64,000 nt of DNA from the human T2T-CHM13v2.0 reference genome, Homo sapiens, in NCBI RefSeq assembly GCF_009914755.1, contig NC_060928.1; one strand, given 5' to 3'. How positions within the stretch are numbered: the stretch's first letter is position 1; each line of letters begins with the position of its first letter. The notes under the pieces are model-generated. The model made no database searches. It was given only the letters and a program-made list of their open reading frames with translations, and was not told the DNA's origin. Both the position numbers and the translations under genes were made by a program. Shown here in pieces: positions 12,797 to 29,500 of this stretch.

Positions 12797-14576
12797 TTTG
12801 GGTGCTTTCATATTTTATATACAGTATATAATACATACTTTGGGCACTTTGATATTTTCTGTACAGTATATAATACATACTTTGGGTACTTTGATATTTT
12901 ATGTACGGTATATAATACATACATTGGGTACTTTGATATTTTATGTACAGTATATAATATATAGTTTGGTTACTTTGATATTTTATATACAGTATATAAT
13001 ATATATTATGTGTACTTTGATATATTATGTACAGTATATAATATATAGTATGGGTTGTTTGATATTTTATGTACAGTATATAATATATAGTTTGGGTAGT
13101 TTGATATTTTTAGTACAGTATGTAATATATAGTTTGTTTTATTTGATATTTTATGTACAGTATACAATATATAGTATTGGTACTTTGATATTTCATGTAA
13201 AGTATATAGTTTGAGTACTTTGATATTTTATATGCAGTTTATTATAAATGTTTCGGTACCTTCATATTTTATGTACAGTATATAATACATACTTTGGGAA
13301 CTTTTATTTTATGTGCAGTATATAATACATACTTTGGGTACTTTGATATTTCATGTACAGTATATAATACACACTTTGGGTACTTTGATATTTTATGTAC
13401 AGTATATAATACACACTTTGGGTACTTTGATATTTTATGTACAGTATATAATACATACTTTGGGAACTTTGATGTATTATGTACAGTATATAATACATAC
13501 TTTGGGTACTTTGATATTTTATGTACAGTATATAATACATACTTTGGGTACTTTGATATTTTATGTACAGTATGTAATACATAATTTGGGTACTTTCATA
13601 TTTTATGTATAGTATATAATACTTACTTTGGGTACTTTGATATTTTATGGACAGTGTATAATACATACTTTGGGTACTTTGATATTTTATGTACAGTATA
13701 TAACATATAGTTTGGGTACTTTGATATTTTATATACAGTATATAATACATACTTTGGGTACTTTGATATTTTATGTACAGTATATAATACATACTTTGGG
13801 TACTTTGATATTTCATGCACAGTATACAATATATAGTTTGAGTACTTTGATATTTTATGTACTGTATAAAATATATAGTTTTGGTACTTTGATATTTTAT
13901 GTACAGTATATAGTTTGAGTACTTTGATATTTTATGTACAGTTTGTTATAAATGTTTGGGTGCTTTCATATTTTATGTACAGTATATAATACATACTTTG
14001 GGCACTTTGATATCTTATGTACAGTATATAATACATGCTTTGGTTTCTCTGATATTTTCTGTACAGTGTATAATACATAATTTGGGTACTTTGATATTTT
14101 ATGTACAGCATATAATACATACGTTGGGTTCTTTGATATATTATGTACAGTATGTAATACATACTTTGGGTACTTTGATATTTTATGTACAGTATATAAT
14201 CCATAGTTTGTGTACTTTTATATTTTATGTACAGTATATAATACATACTTTGGGTACTTTGATATTTTATGTACAGTATATAATACATACTTTGGGTACT
14301 TTCATGTTTTATGTACAGTATATAATATATAGTTTGGGTACTTTGATATTTTATCTACAGCTTATAATACTTACTTTGGGTAATTTGATATTTTATGTAC
14401 AGTATATAATACATACTTTGGGTAGTTTGATATTTTATGTACAGTATACAATATATAGTTTGAGTACTTTGATATTTTATGTGCAGTATAAAATATATAG
14501 TGTTGGTACTTTGATGTTTTATGTACAGTATATATTTTGAGTACTTTCATATTTTGTGTACAGTTTATTATAAATT
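12797..14576 (+). repeat. Second block series G-H-I (454-bp G; H with a 40-bp monomer; 622-bp I); example copy
   Basis: G carries TATATTATGTGTAC and GGGTTGTTTG and ends CATGTAAAGTATATAG (heads 12798, 16988, 27448, 43466, 49299, 60073, 63683). H has head GTACCTTC and a 2-bp-deleted monomer GGGAACTTTTATTTTATGTGCAG. I carries GATA(T/C)CTTATG and TTCTCTGATATTTTCTG (13956, 28522). Confidence 0.8.
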
Positions 14577-17500
14577 TTTGGGTACTTTCATATTTGATGT
14601 ACAGTATATAATACATAATTCGGGCACTTTGATATTTTATGTACAGTATATAATACATACTTTGGGTACTTTTATATTTTATGTACAGTATATAATACAT
14701 ACTCGGGGCACTTTGATATTTAATGTACAGTATATAATACACACTTTGCGTACTTTGATATTTTATGTAACGTATGTAATACATACTTTGGGTAGTTTGA
14801 TATTTTATGTACAGTATATAGTACACACTTTGGGTACTTTGATATTTTATGTACAGTATGTAAAACATACTTTGGGTAGTTTGATATTTTATGATCAGTA
14901 TATAATACACCTTTTGGGTACCTTGATATTTTATGTAGAGTATATAATACATAATTTGGGCACTTTGATATTTTATGTATAGTATATAATACATATTTTG
15001 GGTACTTTGATATTTTATGTATGGTATATAATACACACATTGGGTACTTTGATATTTTATGTACAGTATATAATATATAGTTTGGGTACTTTGATATTTT
15101 ATATACACTATATAATATATATTATGTGTACTTTGATATATTATGTACAGTATATAATATATAGTTTGGGTAATTTGATATTTTATGTACAGTATACAAT
15201 ATATAGTATTGGTACTTTGATATTTCATGTAAAGTATATAGTTTGAGTACTTTGATATTTTATATACAGTTTATTACAAATGTTTGGGAACCTTCATATT
15301 TTATGTATAGTATATAATACATACTTTGGGAACTTTTATTTTATGTGCAGTATATAATACATACTTTGGGTACTTTGATATTTTACGTACAGTATATAAT
15401 ACACACTTTGGGTACTTTGATATTTTATGTACAGTATATAATACACACTTTGGGTACTTTGATATTTTATGTACAGTATATAATACATACTTTGGGTACT
15501 TTGATGTATTATGTACAGTATATAATACATACTTTGGGTACTTTGATATTTTATGTACAGTATATAATACATACTTTGGGTACTTTAATATTTTATGTAT
15601 AGTATATAATACCTACTTTGGGTAGTTTGATATTTTATGGACAGTATATAATACTTGATTTGGGTAATTAGATATTTTATGTACAGTATATAATATATAG
15701 TTTGGGTACTTTGATATTTTATATACAGTATATAATACATACTTTGGGTACTTTGATATTTTATGTACAGTATATAATACATACTTTGGGTACTTTGATA
15801 TTTTATGTACAGTATGTAAAACATACTTTGGGTACTTTGATATTTTATGTACTGTATAAGATATATAGTTTTGGTTCTTTGAGATTTTATGTACAGTATA
15901 TAGTTTGAGAACTTTGATATTTTATGTACAGTTTATTATAAATGTTTGGTTACTTTCACATTTTATGTACAGTATATAATACATAATTTGGGCACTTTGA
16001 TATTTTATGCACAGTATATAATACATACTTTGGGTACTTTTGTATTTTATGTACAGTATATAATACATAGTTTAGGTACTTTGATATTTAATGTATAGTA
16101 TATAATGCACACTTTGCGTACTTTGATATTTTATGTAAAGTATGTAATACATACTTTGGGTACTTTGATATGTTATGTACAGTATGTAAAACATACTTTG
16201 GGTAGTTTGGTATTTTATGATCAGTATATAATACATATTTTGGGTACTTTGATATTTTATGTACGGTATATAATACATACTTTGGGTACTTTGATAGTTT
16301 ATGTACAGTATATAATGCATAATTTGGGTACTTTTATAGTTTATGCACAGTATATAATACATACTTAGGGTACTTTGATGTTTTATGTACAGTATATAAT
16401 GCATACTTTGGGTACTTTGATAGTTTATGTACAGTATACAATACATACTTTGGGTACTTTGATATTTTATATACAGTATATAATATGTAGTTTGGGTATT
16501 TTGATATATTAACTACAGTATATAATACATACTTTGGGTATTTTGATATTTTATCTACAGTATATAATACATACTTTGGGTACTTTGACATATTATGTAC
16601 AGTATATAATACATAGTTTGGGTACTTTGATATTTTTTGTACAGTATGTAAAACATACTTTGGGGAGTTTGATATTTTATGAACAGTATATAATACACAT
16701 TTTGGGTACTTTGATATTTTATGTACAGTATATAATACATACTTTGGGTACTTTGATATTTTATGTACAGTATATAATACATACTTTGGGTACTTTGGTA
16801 TTTTATGTACAGTATATAATACATACATTGGGTACTTCGATATTTTATGTGCAGTACACTATATATAGTTTGGGTACTTTGATATTTTATGTCCAGTATA
16901 AAATAAATAGTTTTGGTAATTTGATATTTTATGTACAGTATATGGTTTGAGTACTTTGATATTTAATGTACAGTTTATTATAAATGTTTGGGTGCTTTCA
17001 TATTTTATATACAGTATATAATACATACTTTGGGCACTTTGATATTTTATGTACAGTATATAATACATTCTTTGGGTACTTTCATATTTTATGTACGGTA
17101 TATAATACATACATTGGGTACTTTGATATTTTATGTACAGCATATAATATATAGTTTGGGTACTTTGATATTTTATATACAGTATATAATATATATTATG
17201 TGTACTTTGATATATTATGTACAGTATATAATATATAGTTTGGGTTGTTTGATATTTTATGTACAGTATATAATATATAGTTTGGGTAGTTTGATATTTT
17301 AAGTAGAGTTTGTAATATATACTTTGTGTAATTTAATATTTTATGAACAGTATACAATATATAGTATTGGTACTTTGATATTTCATGTAAAGTATATAGT
17401 TTGAGTACTTTGATATTTTATATAGAGTTTATTATAAAAGTTTGGGTACCTTCATATTTTATGTACAGTATATAATACATACTTTGGGAACTTTTATTTT

Positions 17501-20500
17501 ATGTGCAGTATATAATACATACTTTGGGTACTTTGATAATTTATGTGCAGTATATAATACACACTTTGGGTACTTTGATATTTTATGTACAGTATATAAT
17601 ACACACTTTGGGTACTTTGATATTTTATGTACAGTATATAATACATACTTTGGGTACTTTGATGTATTATGTACAGTATATAGTACATACTTTGGGTACT
17701 TTGATATTTTATGTACAGTATATAATAGATACTTGGGTACTTTGATATTTTATGTATAGTATATAATACATACTTTGTGTAGTTTGATATTTTATGCACA
17801 GTATACAATATATAGTTTGAGTACTTTGATATTTTATGTCCAGTATAAAATATATAGTTTTCGTAATTGATATTTTATGTACAGAATATAGTTTGAGTAC
17901 TTTGATATTTTATGTAAACTTTATTATAAATATTTGGGTACTTTCATATTTTACGTACAGTATATAATACATACTTTGGTCTCTTTGATGTTTTATGTAC
18001 AGTATATAATACATACTTTGGGTTCTTTGATATTTTATGTGCAGAATATAATGCATAGTTTTAGGTACTTTTATATTTTATGTACAGTATATAATACATA
18101 CTTTGGGTACTTTGATATTTTATGTACAGTATACAATACATACTTTGGGAACTTTGATATTTTATGTACAGTATGTAATACATACTTTGGGTACTTTGAT
18201 ATTTTATGTACAGTATATAATACATATTATTGGTACTTTGATATTTTATGTACAGTATACAATATATAGTTTGAGTACTTTGATATTTTATGTCCAGTAT
18301 AAAATACATAGATTTCATACTTTGATATTTTATGTACAGAATATAGTTTGAGTACTTTGATATTTTATGTACACATTATCATAAAAGTTTGGGTACTTTC
18401 ATATTTTACGTACAGTATATAATACATACTTTGGGCACTTTGATGTTTTATGTACAGTATATAATACATACTTTGTGTTCTTTGATATGTTATGTACAGC
18501 ATATAGTACATAATTTGGGGACTTTTATATTTTATGTACATTATATAATACATACTTTGGGTACTTTTATATTTTATGTACCGTATATAATACATACTTT
18601 GGGTACTTTGATATATTATGTACAGTATATAATACATACTTTGGGTACTTTGATATATTATGTACAGTATATAATACACACTTAGGGTACTTTGACATAT
18701 TATGTACAGTATATAATACATACTTAGGGTACTTTGACATTTTATGTACAGTACATAATACATACTTTGGGTACTTTGATATTCTATATACAGTATATAA
18801 TACATACTTTGGGTACTTTGATATTTTATGTACAGTATATAATACATATTTTGGGTACTTTTATATTTTATGTACAGTATATAATATATAGTTTGGGTAC
18901 TTTGATATTTTATGTACGGTATATAATACATACTTTGGGTACTTTGATATTTTATGTACAGTATATAATACATACTTTGGGTACTTTGATATTTTATGTA
19001 CATTATATTATACATACTTTGGGTACTTTGATATTTAATGTACAGTGTATAATACACACTTTGCGTACTTTGATATTTTATGTAAAGTATGTAATACATA
19101 CTTTGGGTAATTTGATATTTTATGTACAGTATATAATACGTAGTTTGGGTACTTTGATATTTTAACTACAGTATATAATACATACTTTGCGTACTTTGAT
19201 ATTTTATGTAAAGTACGTAATACATAGTTTGGGTACTTTGATATTTTATGTACAGTATATAATACATACTTTGGGTACTTTTATATTTTATGTACAGTAT
19301 ATAATATATAGTTTGGGTACTTTGATATTTTATGTACGGTATATAATACATACTTTGGGTACTTTGATATTTTATGTACAGTATATAATACATACTTTGG
19401 GTACTCTGATATTTTATGTACATTATACAATATATAGTTTGAGTACTTTGCTATTTTATGTACTGTATAAAATATATAGTTTTCGTACTTTGATATTTTA
19501 TGTACAGTATATAGTTTGAGTACTTTCATATTTTATGTACAGTTTTTTATAAATGTTTGGGTGCTTTCATATTTTATGTACAGTATATAATACATACAAA
19601 GGGCACTTTGATATTTTATGTACAGTATATAATACATACTTTGGGTACTCTGATATTTTATGTACAGTGTATAATACATACTTTGGGTACTTTGATATTT
19701 TATGTACAATATATAATACATACGTTGGGTACTTTGATATTTTATGTACAGTATATAATACATACATTGGGTACTTCGATATTTTATGTGCAGTACCCTA
19801 TATATAGTTTGGGTATTTTGATATTTTATGTCCAGTATAAAATAAATAGTTTTGTTACTTTGATATTTTATGTACAGTATATAATACATATTTTGGGTAC
19901 TTTGATATTTTATGTACAGTATATAATACATACTTTGGGAACTTTGATATTTTATGTACAGTATGTAAAACATACTTTGGGTACTTTGATATTTTATGTA
20001 CAGTATATAATACATACTTTGTGTACTTTGATATTTTATGTACAGTATACAATATATAGTTTGAGTACTTTGATATTTTATGTGCAGTATAAAATATATA
20101 GTTTTGGTACTTTCATATTTTATGTACAGTATATAGTTTGAGTACTTTGATATTTTATGTACAGTTTTTTATAAATGTTTGGGTGCTTTCATATTTTATG
20201 TACAGTATATAATACATACTAAGGGCACTTTGATATTTTATGTACAGTATATAATACATACTTTGGGTACTTTGATATTTTATGTACATCATATAATATA
20301 TGGTTTGGGTACTTTGATATTTTATGTACAGTATATAATACATACCTTGGGTACTTTGATATTTTATGTACAGTATATAATATATAGTTTGGGTATTTTG
20401 ATATTTTATGTACAGGATATAATGCATACTTTGGGTACTTTGATAGTTTATGTACAGTATATAATACATACTTTGGGTACTTTGATATTTTATGTATAGT

Positions 20501-23500
20501 ATAAAATATATAGTTTGGGTACTTTGATATTTTATGTACAGTATGTAAAAGATACTTTGGGGAGTTTGATATTTTATGTACAGTATGTAAAACATACTTT
20601 GGGGAGTTTGATATTTTATGAACAGTATATAATACACATTTTGTGTACTTTGATATTTTATGTACAGTATATAATACATACTTTGGGTACTTTGATATTT
20701 TATGTACAGTATAGATTACATACTTTGGGTACTTTGATATTTTATGTACAGTATACAATATATAGTTTGAGTACTTTGATATTTTATGTACTGTATAAAA
20801 TATATAGTTTTGGTACTTTGATATTTTATGTACAGTATATAGTTTGAGTACTTTGATATTTTATGTACAGTTTGTTATAAATATTTTGGTGCTTTCATAT
20901 TTTATATACTGTATATAATACATGCTTTGGGCACTTTGATATTTTATGGACAGTATATAATACATACTTTGGGTACTCTGATATTTTATGTACAGTGTAT
21001 AATACATACTTTGGGTACTTTGATATTTTATGTACAGTATATAATACATACATTGGGTACTTTGATATATTATGTACAGTATATAATACTTACTTGGGGT
21101 ACTTTGATATTTTATGTACAGTATATAATACATAGTTTGTGTACTTTGATATTTTATGTACAGTATATAATACATACTTTGGGTACTTTGATATTTTATG
21201 TACAGTATATAATACATACTTTGGGTATCTTGATATTTTATGTACAGTATATACTGCATACTTTGCGTACTTTGATATTTTATGTCCAGTATAAAATATA
21301 TAGATTTCATACTTTGATATTTTATGTACTGAATGTAGTTTGAGTACTTTGACATTTTATGTACACTTTATTATAAAGGTTTGGGTACTTTCATATTTTA
21401 CGTACAGTATATAATACATACTTTGGGCACTTTGATGTTTTATGTACAGTATATAATACATACTTTGGGTTCTTTGATATTTTATGTACAGCATATAATA
21501 CATAATTTGGGGACATTTATATTTTATGAACATTATATTATACATAATTTGGGTACTTTTATATTTTATGTACGGTATATAATACACACTTTGGGTACTT
21601 TGATATATTATGTACAGTATATAATACATACTAAGGGTACTTTGACATTTTATGTACAGTACATAATACATACTTTGGGTACTTTGATATTTTATGTACA
21701 GTATATAATGCATACTTTGGATACTTTGATATTTTATGTACAGTATATAATACATACTTTGGTTACTTTTATATTTTATGTACAGTATATAATATATAGT
21801 TTGGGTACTTTGATATTTTATCTACGGTATATAATACATACTTTGGGTACTTTGATATTTTATGTACAGTATATAATACATACTTTGTGTACTCTGATAT
21901 TTTATGTACAGTATACAATATATAGTTTGAGTACTTTGATATTTTATGTACTGTATAAAATATATAGTTTTCATACTTTGATATTTTATGTACAGTATAT
22001 AGTTTGACTACTTTGATATTTTATGTACAGTTTTTTATAAATGTTTGGGTGCTTTCATATTTTATGTACAGTATATAATACATACAAAGGGCACTTTGAT
22101 ATTTTATGTACAGTATATAATACATACTTTGGGTACTCTGATATTTTATGTACAGTGTATAATACATACTTTGGGTACTTTGATATTTTATGTACAATAT
22201 ATAATACATACGTTGGGAACTTTGATATATTATGTACAGTATATAATGCATACTTTGGGTACTTTGATATTTTATCTACAGTATACAACACATAGTTTGT
22301 GTACTTTGATATTTTATGTACAGTATATAATACATATATTGGGTACTTTGATATTTTATGTACAGTATATAATACATACTTTGGGTACTTTCATATTTTA
22401 TGTACAGTATATAATATATAGTTTGGTTACTTTGATATTTTATCTACAGCTTATAATACATACTTTGGATACTTTGATACTTTATGTACAGTATATAATA
22501 CATACTTTGGGTACTTTGATATTTTATGTACAGTATACAATATATAGTTTGAGTACTTTGATATTTTATGTGCAGTATAAAATATATAGTTTTGGTACTT
22601 TCATATTTTATGTACAGTATATAGTTTGAGTAGTTTGATATTTTATGTCCAGTTTTTTATAAATGTTTGGGTGCTTTCATATTTTATGTACAGTATATAA
22701 TACATACTAAGGGCACTTTGATATTTTATGTACAGTATATAATACATACTTTCGGTACTTTGATATTTTATGTACGTCATATAAGATATAGTTTGGGTAC
22801 TTTGATATTTTATGTACAGTATATAATACATACCTTGGGTACTTTGATATTTTATGTACAGTATATAATATATAGTTTGGGTATTTTGATATTTTATGTA
22901 CAGTATATAATACATACTTTGGGTACTTTGATATTTTATGTACAGTATATAATACATACTTTGGGAACTTTGATATTTTAGGTACAGTATGTAAAACATA
23001 CTTTGGGTACTTTGATATTTTATGTACAGTATATAATACATACTATTGGTACTTTGATATTTTATGTACATTATACAATATATAGTTTGAGTACTTTGAT
23101 ATTTTATGTCCAGTATAAAATATATAGATTTCGTACTTTCATATTTTATGTACAGAATATAGTTTGAGTACTTTGATATTTTATGTACACTTTATTATAA
23201 AAGTTTGGGTACTGTCATATTTTACATACAGTATATAATACATACTTTGGGCACTTTGATGTTTTATGTACAGTATATAATACATACCTTAGATTCTTTT
23301 ATATTTTATGTACAGCATATAATACAAAATTTGGGGACTTTTATATTTTATGTACATTATATAATACATACTTTGGGTACTTTTATATTTTATGTACGGT
23401 ATATAATACATACTTTGGGTATTTTGATATATTATGTACAGTATATAATACATACTTTGGGTAATTTGATATATTATGTACAGTATATAATACATACTTA

Positions 23501-26500
23501 GGGTACTTTGACATTTTATGTACAGTATATAATACATACTTTGGGTACTTTGATATTTTATGAACAGTATATAATACATACTTTGGGTACTTTGATATTT
23601 TATGTACTGTATATAATACATACTTTGGGTACTTTTATATTTTATGTACAGTATATAATATATAGTTTGGGTACTTTGATATTTTATGTACGGTATATAA
23701 TACATACTTTGGGTACTTTGATATTTTATGTATAGTATATAATACATACTTTGGGTACTTTGATATTGTATGTACAGTATACAATATATAGTTTGAGTAC
23801 TTTGATATTTTATGTACTGTATAAAATATATAGTTTTGGTACTTTGATATTTTATGTATCGTATATAGTTTGAGTACTTTGATATTTTATGTACAGTTTT
23901 TTATAAATATTTGGGTGCTTTCATATTTTATGTACAGTATATAATACATACTAAGCGCACTTTGATATTTTATGTACAGTATATAATACATACTTTGGTT
24001 ACTCTGATATTTTATGTACAGTGTATAATACATACTTTGGGTACTTTGATATTTTATGTACAATATATAATACATACGTTGGGAACTTTGATATATTATG
24101 TACAGTATATAATTCATACTTTGGGTACTTTGATATTTTATGTACAGTATATAATACATAGTTTGTGTACTTTGATATTTTATGTACAGTATATAATACA
24201 TACTGTGGGTACTTTGATATTTTATATACAGTATATAATACATACTTTGGGTACTTTCATATTTTATGTACAGTATATAATATATAGTTTGGGTACTTTG
24301 ATATTTTATCTACAGCTTATAATACATACTTTGGTACTTTGATATTTTATGTACAGTATATAATACATACTTTGGGTAGTTTGATATTTTATGTACAGTA
24401 TACAATATATAGTTTGAGTACTTTGATATTTTATGTGCAGTATAAAATATATAGTTTTGGTACTTTGATATTTTATGTACAGTTTATAGTTTGAGTACTT
24501 TGATATTTTATGTACAGTTTATTATAAATGTTTGGGTACTTTCATATTTGATGTACAGTATATAATACATAGTTTGGGCACTTTGATATTTTATGTACAG
24601 TATATAATACATACTTTGGGTACTTTTCTATTTTATGTACAGTATATAATACATACTTTGGGTACTTTGATATTTAATGTACAGTATATAATACACACTT
24701 TGCGTACTTTGATATTTTATGTAAAGCATGTAATACATACTTTGGGCAGTTTGATATTTTATGTACAGTATGTAATACACACTTTGGGTACTTTGATATT
24801 TTATGTACAGTATGTAAAACATACTTTGGGTAGTTTGATATATTATGTACAGTATATAATACATACTTTGGGTACTCTGATATTTTATGTACAGTGTATA
24901 ATACATACTTTGGGTACTTTGATATTTTATGTACAGTATATAATACATACATTGGGTACTTTGATATATTATGTACAGTATATAATACTTACTTGGGGTA
25001 CTTTGATATTTTATGTACAGTATATAATACATACTTTGTGTACTTTGATATTTTATGTACAGTATATAATACATACTTTGGGTACTTTGATATTTTATGT
25101 ACAGTATATAATACATACTTTGGGTATCTTGATATTTTATGTACAGTATATAATGCATACTTTGGGTACTTTGATATTTTATGTACAGTATATAATGCAT
25201 ACTTTGAGTACTTTGATATTTTATGTACAGTATGTAATACATACTTTGGGTACTTTGATATTTTATGTATAGTATATAATACATACTTTGTGTAGTTTGA
25301 TATTTTATGTACAGTATACAATATATAGTTTGAGTACTTTGATATTTTATGTCCAGTATAAAATATATAGTTTTCCTAATTGATATTTTATGTACAGAAT
25401 ATAGTTTGAGTACTTTGATATTTTATGTACACTTTATTATAAATGTTTGGGTACTTTCATATTTTATGTACAGTATATAATACATACTTTGGTCTCTTTG
25501 ATGTTTTATGTACAGTATATAATACATACTTTGGGTTCTTTGATATTTTATGTGCAGAATATAATGCATAGTATTAGGTACTTTAATATTTTATGTACAG
25601 TATATAGTACATACTTTGGGTACTTTGATATTTTATGTACAGTATATAATACATACTTTGGGAACTTTGATATTTTATGTACAGTATGTAATACATACTT
25701 TGGGTACTTTGATATTTTATGTACAGTATATAATACATATTATTGGTAGTTTGATATTTTATGTACAGTATACAATATATAGTTTGAGTACTTTGATATT
25801 TTATGTCCAGTATAAAATACATAGATTTCATACTTTGATATTTTATGTACAGAATATAGTTTGAGTACTTTGATATTTTATGTACACTTTATCATAAAAG
25901 TTTGGGTACTTTCATATTTTACGTACAGTATATAATACATACTTTGGGCACTTTGAAGTTTTATGTACAGTATATAATACCTACTTTGGGTTCTTTGATA
26001 TGTTATGTACAGCATATAGTACATAATTTGGGGACTTTTATATTTTATGTACATTATATAATACATACTTTGGGTACTTTTATATTTTATGTACGGTATA
26101 TAATACATACTTTGGGTACTTTGATATATTATGTACAGTATATAATACATACTTTGGGTACTTTGATATATTATGTACAGTATATAATACATACTTAGGG
26201 TACTTTGACATTTTATGTACAGTACATAATACATACTTTGGGTACTTTGATATTTTATGTACAGTATATAATACATACTTTGGGTACTTTGATATTTTAT
26301 GTACAGTATATAATACATGTTTTGGATACTTTTATATTTTATGTACAGTATATAATATATAGTTTGGGTACTTTGATATTTTATGTACGGTATATAATAC
26401 ATACTATGGGTACTTTGATATTTTATGTACAGTATATAATACATACTTTGGGTACTTTGATATTTTATGTACAGTATATAATACATACTTTGGGTACTTT

Positions 26501-29500
26501 GATATTTAATGTACAGTATATAATACACACTTTGCGTACTTTGATATTTTATGTAAAGTATGTAATACATACTTTGGGTACTTTGATATTTTATGTACAG
26601 TATGCAATGCACACTTTGGGTACTTTGATATTTTATGTAGAGTATGTAAAACATACTTTGGGTAGTTTGGTATTTTATGATCAGTATATAATACATATTT
26701 TGGGTACTTTGATATTTTATGTACAGTATATAATACATACTTTGGGTACTTTGATATTTTATGTACAGTATATAATGCATAATTTGGGTACTTCAATAGT
26801 TTATGCACAGTATATAATACATACTTTGGGTAATTTGATATTTTATGTACAGTATATAATGCATACTTTGGGTACTTTGATAGTTTATGTACAGTATACA
26901 ATACATACTTTGGGTACTTTGATATTTTATGTACAGTATATAATATGTAGTTTGGGTACTTTGATATTTTAACTACAGTATATAATACATACTTTGGGTA
27001 CTTTGATATTTTATCTACAGTATATAATAGATACTTTGGGTACTTTGATATATTATTTACAGTATATAATACATAGTTTGGTTATTTTGATATTTTTTGT
27101 ACAGTATGTAAAACATACTTTGGGGAGTTTGATATTTTATGAACAGTATATAATACACATTTTGGGTACTTTGATATTTTATGTACGGTATATAATACAT
27201 ACTTTGGGTACTTTGATATTTTATGTACAGTATATAATTCATACTTTGGGTACTTTGATATATTATGTACAGTATATAATACATACATTGGGTACTTCGA
27301 TATTTTATGTGCAGTACCCTATATATAGTTTGGGTACTTTGATATTTTATGTCCAGTATAAAATAAATAGTTTTGGTACTTTGATATTTTATGTACAGTA
27401 TATAGTTTGAGTACTTTGATATTTAATGTTCAGTTTATTATAAATGTTTGGGTGCTTTCATATTTTATATACAGTATATAATACATACTTTGGGCACTTT
27501 GATATTTTCTGTACAGTATATAATACTTACTTTGTGTACTTTGATATTTTATGTACGGTATATAATACATACATTGGGTACTTTGATATTTTATGTACAG
27601 TATATAATATAAAGTTTGGTTACTTTGATATTTTATATACAGTATATAATATATATTATGTGTACTTTGATATATTATGTACAGTATATAATATATAGTA
27701 TGGGTTGTTTGATATTTTATGTACAGTATATAATATATAGTTTGGGTAGTTTGATATTTTTAGTACAGTATGTAATATATAGTTTGTTTTATTTGATATT
27801 TTATGTACAGTATACAATATATAGTATTGGTACTTTGATATTTCATGTAAAGTATATAGTTTGAGTACTTTGATATTTTATAGGCAGTTTATTATAAATG
27901 TTTGGGTACCTTCATATTTTATGTACAGTATATAATACATACTTTGGGAACTTTTATTTTATGTGCAGTATATAATACATACTTTGGGTACTTTGATATT
28001 TCATGTACAGTATATAATACAAACTTTGGGTACTTTGATATTTTATGTACAGTATATAATACATACTTTGGGTACTTTGATGTATTATGTACAGTATATA
28101 ATACATACATTGGGTACTTTGATATTTTATTTACAGTATATAATACATAATTTGGGTACTTTGATATTTTATGTACAGTATATAATACTTACTTTGGGTA
28201 CTTTGATATTTTATGGACAGTGTATAATACATACTTTCGGTACTTTGATATTTTATGTACAGTATATAACATATAGTTTCGGTACTTTGATATTTTATAT
28301 ACAGTATATAATACATACTTTGGGTACTTTGATATTTTATGTACAGTATATAATACATACTTTGGGTACTTTGATATTTCATGCACAGTATACAATATAT
28401 AGTTTGAGTACTTTGATATTTTATGTACTGTATAAAATATATAGTTTTGGTACTTTGATATTTTATGTACAGTATATAGTTTGAGTACTTTGACATTTTA
28501 TGTACAGTTTGTTATAAATGTTTGGGTGCTTTCATATTTTATGTACAGTATATAATACATACTTTGGGCACTTTGATACCTTATGTACAGTATATAATAC
28601 ATACTTTGGGTTCTCTGATATTTTCTGTACAGTGTATAATACATAATTTGGGTACTTTGATATTTTATGTACAGCATATAATACATACGTTGGGTACTTT
28701 GATATATAATGTACAGTATATAATACATACTTTGGGTACTTTGATATTTTATGTACAGTATATAATCCATAGTTTGTGTAGTTTTATATTTTCTGTACAG
28801 TATATAATACATACTTTGGGTACTTTGATATTTTATGTACAGTATATAATACATACTTTGGGTACTTTGATATTTTATGTACAGTATATAATATATAGTT
28901 TGGGTACTTTGATATTTTATCTACAGCTTATAATACTTACTTTGGGTAATTTGATATTTTATGTACAGTATATAATACATACTTTGGGTAGTTTGATATT
29001 TTATGTACAGTATACAATATATAGTTTGAGTACTTTGATATTTTATGTGCAGTATAAAATATATAGTGTTGGTACTTTCATGTTTTATGTACAGTATATA
29101 TTTTGAGTACTTTGATATTTTGTGTACAGTTTATTATAAATGTTTGGGTACTTTCATATTTGATGTACAGTATATAATACATAATTTGGGCACTTTGATA
29201 TTTTATGTACAGTATATAATACATACTTTGGGTACTTTTCTATTTTATGTACAGTATATAATACTTACTTGGGGTACTTTGATATTTTATGTACAGTATA
29301 TAATACATACTTTGTGTACTTTGATATTTTATGTACAGTATATAATACATACTTTGGGTACTTTGATATTTTATGTACAGTATATAATACATACTTTGGG
29401 TATCTTGATATTTTATGTACAGTATATAATGCATACTTTGGGTACTTTGATATTTTATTTACAGTATATAATGCATACTTTGAGTACTTTGATATTTTAT

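Noticed and set aside
18680-18730. TTAGGG hexamers
   Set aside because: These are isolated single-substitution variants of TTTGGG and are never tandem.
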